Below are positions 33,902 through 45,020 of a stretch of DNA of 64,000 nucleotides, piece after piece. A model generated the notes under the pieces. That model made no database searches, was not told the origin of the DNA, and saw nothing but the letters and a program-made list of their open reading frames with translations. Source of the stretch: Obrimoposthia wandeli (taxonomy: Eukaryota). The stretch lies in NCBI GenBank assembly GCA_977020255.1, contig CDROCS010000253.1, positions 1,736,001-1,800,000 on the forward strand, in the 5' to 3' direction. The translations under genes and the position numbers were made by a program. Position 1 is the stretch's first letter. Every line of letters starts with the position of its first letter.

Positions 33902-34399
33902 ATTAAATATTACTCTCTGGTTATTGTTCTCACCTTTGCATGTCTTGTGTCTTCACGAACTGTCGCTATTGAGATAGTGACTCATCCGCAAGTTACTGAA
34001 GTTAGCCTAACAAAGTCACAGCTGCGCCGTATTTATACCATGCGTCAATTGCATTGGAGTGATAATAGTGCCATCAATGTGTTTGTGTTACCGAGTCAGC
34101 ATGATCTCCATAGACGATTTGCTAAAGAACGATTACAAATTTTTCCTTATCAGCTTAATCGTATCTGGCACAAATTAACTTACTCAGGGTTAGGCGTTGC
34201 ACCTACAATCGTTGCATCTGAACAGGAACTTATTCAGGCCGTTATTAAAACACCAGGCGCTATCGGTTATATAGATGACGAAACGTTAATAAAAATAAAG
34301 CAAAGTGAAAATACTATAAATATGGAAACCCCTAATATGGATACAGGTCAGAAAATTAGCGGTAAAGGAGTCTTAAATGTTATTAAAATTACAGACTAA
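33902..34399 (+). CDS. PstS-like (phosphate-binding-fold) single-domain periplasmic protein; start uncertain (ATT 33902 or GTG 33947)
   Basis: QLRRIYTMRQLHWSD...VFVLP...HRRF...G.G.AP..V.SE..LI..V..TPGAIGYI. Confidence 0.8.
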   Translation: MKYYSLVIVLTFACLVSSRTVAIEIVTHPQVTEVSLTKSQLRRIYTMRQLHWSDNSAINVFVLPSQHDLHRRFAKERLQIFPYQLNRIWHKLTYSGLGVAPTIVASEQELIQAVIKTPGAIGYIDDETLIKIKQSENTINMETPNMDTGQKISGKGVLNVIKITD

Positions 34400-35669
34400 T
34401 GCTGCAGTTGAAACATCTAGCAGAGTTAATAACTTGTATTGTTTTAGGTGCTTTATTTTCCGAGCGGTTATGCTCGCGATATTTTTTACGGGTTGCTATA
34501 CAGGCGCGACAAAAGCTGAAGAGAATAAAACATATTCTAATTCGCAAGATTTTCAATTACATGGTTTTATTTCACAAGGGGTGATTGATGTTAATGGCAG
34601 TGACTTTGTTAATGATGATGGGGACCTGTCTACAGAATTAACTGAAATTGGCCTTAATGCTTCTTATCAATTATCAGATGATTTTCGTCTTGCGGGCCAA
34701 GTGGTTTACTTAGATGGAGGAAATCGTTACTCACAAGGTGCAAGAATTGATTATGCATTAGTGGACTGGTCGGCGTTTACCAGTGAACATTGGCAAGCCA
34801 ATGTATATTTTGGGCGCTTTAAAAACAATCATTGGCTCTACTCTAGTTCTAGAGATATTCCTTTTGCTAGACCCAGTATCATTTTACCGCAATCGGTATA
34901 TTTTGATGGTTTTAGAGATATTGCGGTAGGCAGTGATGGCATTGCAACTAAAGTTAGTTATAGTACTGATGACTATGGTAATTTCGATTGGCAATTAAGT
35001 TATGGTAAATCACCTATTTCAGATGAGCAGACAAAAAATATTTTAAGTGAATTTGCTCAAGGACGTGCAGAGCAAGATTATGATGCTCAAACAAGCTTGT
35101 ACTGGCAACCCGCATTTTCACCTTGGCGTTTTGGTATTTCATTACTTGAGGCCGAATTTACTTATGACCAAGCAAATGCCGAAAGTGGTGATGTATTTTA
35201 TAATAGTGATTTTACCTTTCAATATTATACAATAAACGCTTTGTATGAAGGTGAGAATTGGGAATTTAGCGCTGAAATTTATCAACAGCGTTTCACTATT
35301 GATGGCTTTTATTATCCAGGTTTTCAACTTGATAACATTGGGCAAGGTTTCTACTTACAGACGCGTTATAAATTAACGAAAAAAGTAACGTTGTTGGCAC
35401 GTTATGAAGATTTTTACCAGAATAAAGATGATAAAGATGGTAAAAAGCAGGAACAAGCTACAGGTGGCGCTATTCCTTATTACTTCGGTTTTCATAAAGA
35501 TATTACCTTAGGACTGAATTACGATATCACCAGTGATTTTAGTGCTCGCATTGAATATCATTGGGTAAATGGCGCGGGTAAACTGACCCCTGTAGTAGTG
35601 CCTAATACCCAAATTAATGACAGCGAAGATTGGCAAATGTGGGCTATCCAGTTGATGTACTGGTTTTAG
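34377..35669 (+). CDS. Outer-membrane porin-like beta-barrel
   Basis: Alternating aromatic beta-strands, IDYALVDW, GRFKNNHWLYS, C-terminal ...LMYWF. Confidence 0.75.
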   Translation: MLLKLQTNAAVETSSRVNNLYCFRCFIFRAVMLAIFFTGCYTGATKAEENKTYSNSQDFQLHGFISQGVIDVNGSDFVNDDGDLSTELTEIGLNASYQLSDDFRLAGQVVYLDGGNRYSQGARIDYALVDWSAFTSEHWQANVYFGRFKNNHWLYSSSRDIPFARPSIILPQSVYFDGFRDIAVGSDGIATKVSYSTDDYGNFDWQLSYGKSPISDEQTKNILSEFAQGRAEQDYDAQTSLYWQPAFSPWRFGISLLEAEFTYDQANAESGDVFYNSDFTFQYYTINALYEGENWEFSAEIYQQRFTIDGFYYPGFQLDNIGQGFYLQTRYKLTKKVTLLARYEDFYQNKDDKDGKKQEQATGGAIPYYFGFHKDITLGLNYDITSDFSARIEYHWVNGAGKLTPVVVPNTQINDSEDWQMWAIQLMYWF

Positions 35670-35679
35670 AAGTAGTGTT

Positions 35680-38151
35680 ATGAATATAAAATTTGTTGGT
35701 GTACCAACCAAACTTTTGGTACTAATCGTCTCAACCCTACTGCTTTTAGCCGTAGGGTTTTCTTCGTTATCCTATTGGCGTTTACAAGCTGATTATCAAG
35801 AGTTTCAGCAAAATAATATTGCCCAAGGACAAGTACAAGTTAAGCTGCATAATAGTATTTTGCGCACTAAACTAACCGTTTGGCTAGAGTCGTTCACCGA
35901 CTTAATTCAATTATCCCAGCAAGATGACTTTTCTATTTTAGCTTTACAATTAGAAAAGCAATATGACGCGCTGCAGTTACACCTTAATGTAGAAGATATC
36001 TGGTTAGTTGATGAGAAAAAAAATATCTTATTTGCCACCAATGACTTCCCTGAAGTAGTGCAAGACAACATTGCACAAGTTTTTAGATTACAAGAACCAG
36101 AGCATCGAATATATTGCCCTCAAAGCTGTCAATTGTTATTGAGTTTACCTTTGCTCAATAAGCAAGGAGATATGGTTGTTGTTACGATGAGTACTTCACT
36201 GGTTGATATGCTGTTTGCTTTAAAGACAACATTAGCTAGGGATGTTGCTGTTATTAGTATACGTGCTAAAGATAAAAGTGAAATTAACACTTCTTCGGCT
36301 AAAGTGATCTCGGCATCTAATATGGCACTAACCGAGTCTTTGTTAGCTAGGGAAAAGTCTTATTCGACACTTAATCAAGTACTAGAACAAGGGTTACACC
36401 TAGATTTAGAAGGTAATAGTTATTTAATTAATTTATTAACCTTATCAGAACAAGGCACGCAAAGTTTTTATCTCGCTTTAATTGATGATGTAACAACCTA
36501 TAAAGCAAAAAATGACGCATACCAAAAGCGCTTTATATTATCCTTGAGTCTTATTTTTAGCTTACTTGCGGCATTTGTTTATTTTATTGCGAGTCCTTTT
36601 ACTAAACGATTATTACTGCTATCTAATGCGCTACCTTTATTAGCACAAAAAAAGTTTAGCCAGTTCCGACAAGTCGACCTAAAAAGGCCTCGAATGTTTG
36701 CGGATGAATTGGATGTATTAGCGCACTCATCTGAAGAGCTCAGCTTTGAATTAGAGCAACTTAATTTGGTGGTAGAGCAAAAAACTAAAGAGTTAGAAAA
36801 TATTGCAATGTATGATTTGCTGACGGGTTTACCTAACCGTAACATGCTGAATTATCAATTGCGTAAATCCTTAGCTAATATTGCGCGCCATAAAAGTGGT
36901 GTTGCTGTGTTGTTTCTCGATTTAGATGATTTTAAAAAGGTTAATGACAGTAATGGTCACAATATCGGTGATAAGCTACTTATTCAAGCCGCAGACCGTG
37001 TGAGAGTGAGTGTTGGTGAGATAGACTTAGCGAGTCGTTTTGGTGGTGATGAATTTGTTATTGTACTTAGCCATCTTAAAAGTATAGATGAAGCTATCGA
37101 AGTAGCAGAGAAGGTACTATTACAGTTTAAAGAATCGATAAAGCTTGGCTCTAATATATTTTATGTTTCCACCAGTATTGGTATTGCTTATACCGAATCA
37201 GCGATAGAAAAGTCGGATGATTTGATCAGTCATGCTGATATCGCCATGTATGAAGCAAAAGATAATGGTGGTGGGCAATATCATATTTATCATCAAGAGA
37301 TGTTTCAACGTGTCGCTCATCGAGTAATGCTTGAAGGTGAAGTTCGACAAGCATTAGCTAAGCAGCAGTTTAGTTTAAGTTTACAACCGCAGATCTGCGC
37401 TAAAACTAAAAGAGTATATGGTTTTGAAGCGCTATTGCGTTGGCAACATCCTGAACGAGGAATGATATCACCAGAGGACTTTATTCCTATTTTAGAAAAC
37501 TCTCAACATATGATTGAATTAGGTTATTGGATTATTCGTCGATGTTTTGAGTTAGCAATAAGTCTCAAACAATATGGGCTAGACGATGCGCGTATTGCTA
37601 TTAATTTATCTGCTGGACAGTTTATGGATGCTAATTTACCGTATTTCTTAAAAGAGTTATTAGCAGAGTTCTCATTAACCGCGCAAAATTTTGAACTTGA
37701 ACTTACTGAGCAAACGTTAGTTAAAGATATGGACCACACCATCGCTATGATGGAGTCTTTGAAGGTTATTGGCTTTAGTTTTGCTATAGATGATTTTGGT
37801 ACTGGCTATTCTTCGTTAGCGTATCTAAAGAAAATGCCTGTAGATGTTATTAAAATAGATAAAAGTTTTATTTTTGGCATGTTAGAAAATCATTCTGACT
37901 TTCAGATTATCACCTCGACTATCGCAATGGTTAAAAACTTAGGCTTGACAGTAGTGGCAGAGGGCGTTGAAACACAAGCACAATTACGCAGCTTAACTGA
38001 GAATGATTGCGATATTATTCAAGGTTATTATTATTCTAAGCCGATCCCAGAAAAAGACTTATTTACTATGCTAGACAAGCAAACAATATCAGGCTATTGG
38101 AAAGTAGCCAAGACAACTCTGCCTGATTTATCTGCAGATAAGTCAGCCTAA
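35680..38151 (+). CDS. Membrane-anchored GGDEF-EAL protein (diguanylate cyclase/phosphodiesterase)
   Basis: Two TM helices flanking a periplasmic region; RFGGDEF; GFEALLRW; DDFGTGYSSL; VAEGVE. Confidence 0.95.
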   Translation: MNIKFVGVPTKLLVLIVSTLLLLAVGFSSLSYWRLQADYQEFQQNNIAQGQVQVKLHNSILRTKLTVWLESFTDLIQLSQQDDFSILALQLEKQYDALQLHLNVEDIWLVDEKKNILFATNDFPEVVQDNIAQVFRLQEPEHRIYCPQSCQLLLSLPLLNKQGDMVVVTMSTSLVDMLFALKTTLARDVAVISIRAKDKSEINTSSAKVISASNMALTESLLAREKSYSTLNQVLEQGLHLDLEGNSYLINLLTLSEQGTQSFYLALIDDVTTYKAKNDAYQKRFILSLSLIFSLLAAFVYFIASPFTKRLLLLSNALPLLAQKKFSQFRQVDLKRPRMFADELDVLAHSSEELSFELEQLNLVVEQKTKELENIAMYDLLTGLPNRNMLNYQLRKSLANIARHKSGVAVLFLDLDDFKKVNDSNGHNIGDKLLIQAADRVRVSVGEIDLASRFGGDEFVIVLSHLKSIDEAIEVAEKVLLQFKESIKLGSNIFYVSTSIGIAYTESAIEKSDDLISHADIAMYEAKDNGGGQYHIYHQEMFQRVAHRVMLEGEVRQALAKQQFSLSLQPQICAKTKRVYGFEALLRWQHPERGMISPEDFIPILENSQHMIELGYWIIRRCFELAISLKQYGLDDARIAINLSAGQFMDANLPYFLKELLAEFSLTAQNFELELTEQTLVKDMDHTIAMMESLKVIGFSFAIDDFGTGYSSLAYLKKMPVDVIKIDKSFIFGMLENHSDFQIITSTIAMVKNLGLTVVAEGVETQAQLRSLTENDCDIIQGYYYSKPIPEKDLFTMLDKQTISGYWKVAKTTLPDLSADKSA

Positions 38152-38189
38152 ATACTTAGGCTGACAATGCTTATCAACTATTAACGTGA

Positions 38190-40034
38190 TTATTTAAATA
38201 TAGATTGTACGTGAGCACTAAACTCAGTGGCTTTCATAAAACCAGTGGTACGTTGCTTCGTTAATTCATTTCCGTGTAAATCAAAAAACAAAATAGAAGG
38301 TAAACCCAATATTGTATAATGCTGAACAAGTTCGGCATTATCGGTTGAGTCGAAGTCTGTCATGTCAATTTGCAGCCACACACTGTTAGCCAATGCCTTT
38401 TGTACTTGGGCATCCACAAAAGTATATTTTTCAAACTCTTTACACGCAATACACCAATCAGCGTACAAATCTACCATCACGGTTTTACCCTGACTGTTGG
38501 CATCTTTTACTTCATCTTCTAGTTGAGCTAAAGAGGTTACTTGTTTAAAACTAGCGTGCTGGGCATCAGTGATATCAATGGTATTACTTGGAAATACTAA
38601 CTGGTACGCAAGGTTAGCGCCAAAAAATAGCATCAAAAATATGATTAGGGAGCGTAAACCGTACCAAAAACCTTTGTCTTGTTGAGCATTTTGCGCTGCT
38701 GCATGGTTTTGGTTAGCAACATAGAAGTAACTCGCACTGGCTAATATTAATATTGCCCATAATGTTTGGCTAGCAACTTCAGGAATAAAGCGCTCAAGTA
38801 AAAAGATCGGAACAGCGAGTAATAGTAAGCCGAAGATATTTTTAATGATATTCATCCATGCGCCGGCTTTAGGTAGTAACTTACCGCCAGAACTCCCGAG
38901 AATTAATAAAGGTAAACCCATACCTAAACTTAGCGCGTATAACGCAGAAGCACCCAAAACGACATCGCCAGTTTGAGATATATAAAGTAATGCACCTGTG
39001 AGTGGGGCTGTAGTACAAGGTGATGCGACTAATCCTGAAATCACACCCATCATAAGCACACCAGTAATTGAGCCACCTTTTTGCTTGTTACTCATTGTAT
39101 TTAGCTTGTTTTGCCAGCTAGCAGGTAAAGCTAAGTTAAAGACACCAAACATAGAAAGCGCTAAAAATATAAATAAGACACTCAGACCAATTAGTACGAT
39201 AGGATGTTGAAAAACAGCTTGGAATTTAGCACCGGCCAAGGCAACTACTATGCCTAAAAGGGTGTAAGTTACCGCCATACCTTGTACGTAGAAAAATGAT
39301 AAGGTAAATGCTTTTTTAGTTGTTAACTCTTTTCCTTGACCAACAATAATCCCGGTTAAAATAGGGTACATAGGAAAAACGCAGGGTGTGAATGATAACA
39401 GTAAACCACCGACGAAAAATGCAACGAGTGTTAATAACAAACTATCTTGCTTGAGCATGTCAGATAACTGGTGTTGCTCACTTTTCTGAACTACAGCTTG
39501 ATTTGTCTGGTGATCTTCATCTTTGCTTTGAGTTAATAAGGATGATGTATTAGCAATACTCTCACCTGTCATTAATTTACTTAACTTAATTACTTTACTC
39601 GTTGGCGGATAACATAGACCTTTTTCAGCACAACCTTGGTAAGTTATTTTGATACTGGCATCACTTGATACTTGGTCGAGGTTTACGATGAATGTTAATT
39701 TATCAGTAAATATTTTTTGCACACCAAAAAATTCATCTTCGTGGTCGATACCGTCGGGTAATGTAACCGGTGTGAAGTTGATATTATTACCTTTAAACTT
39801 AAATTGATGGCGATAAAGATAATATTCAGGGGCAATGTCAAAACTAACCTCTAATTGATTATCTTTTTGATAAAAATTAAAGGCGAACGCCTGATCAACT
39901 TTTAAAAATTCATCATCATTACTAAATAAACTGGTATTAGAAACATCAAAAATAGATTGCTTTTCTTGTGCTACCGCAGGGTGAAAAGTAAAAGCTGCTA
40001 ACATCAGCAAGCATAGAGAGAGTAAGTTTTTCAT
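38190..40034 (-). CDS. dsbD: Thiol:disulfide interchange protein DsbD
   Basis: QGCAEKGLCYPP, FTPCVFPM, SPCTTAPL, WCIAC. Confidence 0.97.
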   Translation of the reverse strand: MKNLLSLCLLMLAAFTFHPAVAQEKQSIFDVSNTSLFSNDDEFLKVDQAFAFNFYQKDNQLEVSFDIAPEYYLYRHQFKFKGNNINFTPVTLPDGIDHEDEFFGVQKIFTDKLTFIVNLDQVSSDASIKITYQGCAEKGLCYPPTSKVIKLSKLMTGESIANTSSLLTQSKDEDHQTNQAVVQKSEQHQLSDMLKQDSLLLTLVAFFVGGLLLSFTPCVFPMYPILTGIIVGQGKELTTKKAFTLSFFYVQGMAVTYTLLGIVVALAGAKFQAVFQHPIVLIGLSVLFIFLALSMFGVFNLALPASWQNKLNTMSNKQKGGSITGVLMMGVISGLVASPCTTAPLTGALLYISQTGDVVLGASALYALSLGMGLPLLILGSSGGKLLPKAGAWMNIIKNIFGLLLLAVPIFLLERFIPEVASQTLWAILILASASYFYVANQNHAAAQNAQQDKGFWYGLRSLIIFLMLFFGANLAYQLVFPSNTIDITDAQHASFKQVTSLAQLEDEVKDANSQGKTVMVDLYADWCIACKEFEKYTFVDAQVQKALANSVWLQIDMTDFDSTDNAELVQHYTILGLPSILFFDLHGNELTKQRTTGFMKATEFSAHVQSIFK

Positions 40035-40039
40035 TAAGT

Positions 40040-40350
40040 CTACTTCAAAGAATTAGTGATCCAGTTTAAATGATTTTTATCACCTTGCTGGATATTCAAG
40101 GCAATAACTTCCACCACGTCATAGGGGTGTAATTGATTAATTCGATCGTTTCACATACCGAATTTTTTTCATCCGTTTTTATCAGCAATTGTACTTCACT
40201 ATCGTAATGTAATTCGTCTTGCCAACAATAAACAGAGGTAATGTTTGGCATAATATTAACGCAGGCAGCAAGCTTTTCTGTCACCAAGTGCTGAGCAATA
40301 TTTTTTGCTACTATTTCATCAGGACAGGTTGTGAGTACTAATTGATACAA
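40040..40350 (-). pseudogene. cutA: Divalent-cation tolerance protein CutA, frameshifted
   Basis: N-terminus KLAACVNI...YCWQDE...LLIKT; the C-terminus QLHPYDVVEVIALNIQQGDKNHLNWITNSLK* is in another frame; total span 311 nt. Confidence 0.85.
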
Positions 40351-40439
40351 ACTTGTTACCTAATGGTTTTGTTCTTGTTGATAGTATACCTTGAGTATTA
40401 AGGAAAACTTAGCGCTAATACGAATACTAATCAACTGGC

Positions 40440-40467
40440 CTTGAAAAAGACCTGTTTAGCCCAATAT
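40440..40467 (+). promoter_or_regulatory. Sigma-32 promoter for fxsA
   Basis: CTTGAA-N14-CCCAATAT. Confidence 0.75.
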
Positions 40468-40494
40468 AAGTTTCATAGAAAATAAGGAATCATT

Positions 40495-41001
40495 ATGTTT
40501 CAACTATTATTTGTACTTTTTATCATTATCCCTATCATCGAAATAACGGTGATTATGCAAGTGGGCGCTTTACTCGGAGTATGGCCAACAATCGCTATTG
40601 TTATTTTAAGTGCTTGGTTAGGCGCTAAATATGTACGCCAACAAGGCTTGGCTACTTTACAATCGGTACAAGCCAAAATGGCACAAGGTGAAATGCCATC
40701 GGGTGAAATAGTAACAGGGTTAATGTTATTAGTAGCGGGTGTTTTATTAGTAACCCCCGGTTTTGTTACCGATATTTTTGGTTTATTGTTACTCGTACCT
40801 AGCGTACGTGCGGCAATTGCCACTCAAGTACAAAAACATATCAAGGTTAATCAATTTGGTGCAGGCGCCTCTTTTCATCATGGCGAACCAGGCAATGTCT
40901 ATCAGCATGAAAAGGCAGAGGAACCTTTTGCTTCATCAAATAAACCTATTTCGCATCACCAAGGCGACACCCTTGAAGGTGAGTTCAAGCGTAAAGATTA
41001 A
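40495..41001 (+). CDS. fxsA: FxsA membrane protein
   Basis: PIIEI..IMQVG..LG.WPT; LLVTPGFVTD..G; upstream of groES. Confidence 0.95.
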   Translation: MFQLLFVLFIIIPIIEITVIMQVGALLGVWPTIAIVILSAWLGAKYVRQQGLATLQSVQAKMAQGEMPSGEIVTGLMLLVAGVLLVTPGFVTDIFGLLLLVPSVRAAIATQVQKHIKVNQFGAGASFHHGEPGNVYQHEKAEEPFASSNKPISHHQGDTLEGEFKRKD

Positions 41002-41018
41002 GTTTTTTCAGTTTAGGA

Positions 41019-41046
41019 CTTGTGAAGATTTATTTTATCCCCATTT
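41019..41046 (+). promoter_or_regulatory. Sigma-32 promoter for groESL
   Basis: CTTGTG-N14-CCCCATTT. Confidence 0.8.
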
Positions 41047-41134
41047 CTATTATCAACAATCTCTAGTCGTATTTAAGGCTAGAAAACTTACTAACAAATT
41101 TACTAATTAAGCAAGTAATCTCAGGAGAGAATTA

Positions 41135-41425
41135 ATGAGCATTCGTCCACTACATGATCGTGTAATTGTTAAACGTAAAGACGCAGAATCAAAATCAGAA
41201 GGCGGTATCGTATTAATGGGTAGCGCTGCTGAAAAATCTACTCGCGGCGAAGTTATTGCTGTAGGTAATGGCCGTATTTTAGAAAATGGTGAAGTGCGCG
41301 CATTAGACGTGAAAGTTGGCGATAAAGTTATCTTCAGTGAAGGTTACGGCGTTAAAACTGAAAAAATTGATGGTGAAGAAGTACTTATCCTTAGTGAGTC
41401 AGACATTTTGGCTATCGTAGAATAG
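41135..41425 (+). CDS. groES: Co-chaperonin GroES
   Basis: [12 protein letters not shown]...GGIVL. Confidence 0.99.
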   Translation: MSIRPLHDRVIVKRKDAESKSEGGIVLMGSAAEKSTRGEVIAVGNGRILENGEVRALDVKVGDKVIFSEGYGVKTEKIDGEEVLILSESDILAIVE

Positions 41426-41444
41426 TCGCAGATATTTTTATGTC

Positions 41445-41530
41445 GCTATTGCATCTCAATAGCTGCATCAGAAGTACTCACTGACTAGCGTCAGCTCCGT
41501 GCTTCTTCTTTGCTCTTAAGCGAAATAGCA
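41445..41530. repeat. Structured intergenic element between groES and groEL (ERIC-like hairpin)
   Basis: Nested pairing GAAGTAC..CTGAC-TAGC-GTCAG..GTGCTTC; one copy in the window. Confidence 0.4.
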
Positions 41531-41592
41531 TAATAAAAATGTTGCTTGAGAGTATATTTGAACAATTTATTTTAATGAATAACAAAATTTAG

Positions 41593-43251
<1,659 letters not shown>

Positions 43252-43259
43252 TCATGCTT

Positions 43260-43350
43260 GTCTAAATTGCTAATTTCTTCGTTGCTTTATAGTTCGTTTA
43301 AGAAACACTAAACGTCACTATAAAGCGCCTTGAACTAAACAATTTATCTT
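43260..43350. repeat. Palindromic intergenic element (CGTTG...CGCCTTG core type)
   Basis: GCTTTATAGT / ACTATAAAGC, CGTTTA / TAAACG, TAAATTG / CAATTTA nested arms; core shared with the 12695 element. Confidence 0.6.
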
Positions 43351-43388
43351 ACGCATAATGTATTAAGCTTGCTTATTGCGATACATAT

Positions 43389-43414
43389 AAAAAACTCACT
43401 TCGGTGAGTTTTTT
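43389..43414 (+). terminator. groEL terminator
   Basis: AAAAACTCAC-TTCG-GTGAGTTTTTT. Confidence 0.92.
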
Positions 43415-43520
43415 GCTTTTTTGATGTTAGAAAAACGCTTTAGCTTATAGCGAGGGAGTACTTTTTAGTGTGGGTGTCTTTGTTAAATTACATTTAAAGG
43501 GTGTGAAGATACCCTAAATT

Positions 43521-44720
43521 TTAAATAGCATTAATATAAGACGGATCAACCGTATTTGAGGTCTTTATGAGGTCATTTAGATCCTCAAGGAGAATCGTTA
43601 TCTCGACTTTTGATTTTTCATCTTTAATTGATGGTAGGTCAGTTTTCAATGTGGAAACTATTTGGCGGTATATATTTGCGACAAACTCTTTGTTATTGAG
43701 TTGCTTAAGGTAATCAGGCTTCGCTTGCGGGAATATATTCCACCATAGAGTGTCTATTATAACCTCTGTTTTTAGAAGACCAGTGTCTTTTAGAACAGAA
43801 TAAGCACGCGTGAGAGTTGGTAAAGCATTTAAAGAACCTGATATGACTTCATGAGTTACAGATTTGTTTTTATATTCAAGACATTGAAAGTAAAGTTTTT
43901 CTCGTGTAAATGATTGAACTATTTTCAAAATTAGATATTCATTTAAAGGTGCCAAATTAGCGAACCGCCTAAGTTCGTTAATTATAGATCTTAATGCTAA
44001 CAGACAGTCCAAACCTTGAGATATATTGAAATAGCTGTTACGTTCGTTTTTACCTAAGCAAATTGTTCCAGGTAATTCTTTTTGTCTAATCTGTGCCCCT
44101 ATAGCGTTAGTTACATAGTAAATTTTAGTGAAAAAATTAAAGACCTCACGATTGTCTGTCTCATTGTTAGCTATTTGTTCTCCTAACTTTCTGATATCTT
44201 CAAGTACAGACTGTATATTATTTATAGGACTAAAATTATCACCGGTACTTGCAGAGAAATCTAATTCACAGTTAACTAGACTATTATTAGGAAATAAAAG
44301 ACGATAAGCCTGAGTGCGCTCAGGAAAGATATAAATCCCCTGATATATATCTTCACTTTCGATGCGATCTAACAACTGGTTATATAACTTAAAATGAGTT
44401 TCATACTTCTGAAACGTGAGCATTTGTTTTTGTTCAGCCCACATATTTAACTGTTCTTTCTCATGTTCTTCGCGTTTTTTACGCTCGGTATCTAAGTCTT
44501 GACGTTGTTTCGCTTCTTCTATTTTTCGTTCTTTTTTATCTTTTTTCTGTTCAAGTCGTATTTGCTTATTTTGTCTAATGGCAAAAAACAATGTTGAAAC
44601 TGTACCAATAGCAGCCATCCAAGTTGCCATATCACCAAATACCGTATCGAATTCAGTAAACGCAGCTAAGCCAACGCCCACGATAAAAGAAGTAAGGGCG
44701 GAGATAATTACTGCAAGCAT
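43521..44720 (-). CDS. Hypothetical membrane-anchored coiled-coil protein (start 44720 ATG or 44771 TTG)
   Basis: Two N-terminal hydrophobic helices, charged coiled coil, then a FQKYETHF...YRLLFPNN domain. Confidence 0.85.
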   Translation of the reverse strand: MLAVIISALTSFIVGVGLAAFTEFDTVFGDMATWMAAIGTVSTLFFAIRQNKQIRLEQKKDKKERKIEEAKQRQDLDTERKKREEHEKEQLNMWAEQKQMLTFQKYETHFKLYNQLLDRIESEDIYQGIYIFPERTQAYRLLFPNNSLVNCELDFSASTGDNFSPINNIQSVLEDIRKLGEQIANNETDNREVFNFFTKIYYVTNAIGAQIRQKELPGTICLGKNERNSYFNISQGLDCLLALRSIINELRRFANLAPLNEYLILKIVQSFTREKLYFQCLEYKNKSVTHEVISGSLNALPTLTRAYSVLKDTGLLKTEVIIDTLWWNIFPQAKPDYLKQLNNKEFVANIYRQIVSTLKTDLPSIKDEKSKVEITILLEDLNDLIKTSNTVDPSYINAI

Positions 44721-44875
44721 AGTAAAAGGATCAGTACGTTTCAAAAGGCGACCGTTTGGCAAATAGCACAAAGTTAGAATTCTACACTATATGCAAAAAT
44801 ATTAAACACTTAACAAAATTGAAATAACAGTGACACTCATCGTTAATGGATAATTCAGAGCCTCTCAACTAGTGA

Positions 44876-44923
44876 AAAAAGACACACACCATTAATTGAT
44901 AAATCAATGGTGTGTGTCTTTTT
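44876..44923. repeat. 18-bp perfect inverted repeat
   Basis: AAAAAGACACACACCATT (44876-93) / AATGGTGTGTGTCTTTTT (44906-23). Confidence 0.9.
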
Positions 44924-44962
44924 ACAATATATGGTATATAAATTACTTTATCATCTGTTACC

Positions 44963-44991
44963 TTGAATTATGCGCATATCATGCGCATAAT
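44963..44991 (+). promoter_or_regulatory. parDE sigma-70 promoter with overlapping operator dyad
   Basis: TTGAAT-N17-CATAAT; palindrome ATTATGCGCAT-ATC-ATGCGCATAAT at 44967-44991. Confidence 0.8.
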
Positions 44992-45020
44992 ATGATTAAG
45001 AGATAATTGGAGTGTTAATT

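Noticed and set aside
43521-45010. Retron system
   Set aside because: No reverse transcriptase or msr-msd found; only a weak effector-like resemblance, reported separately.
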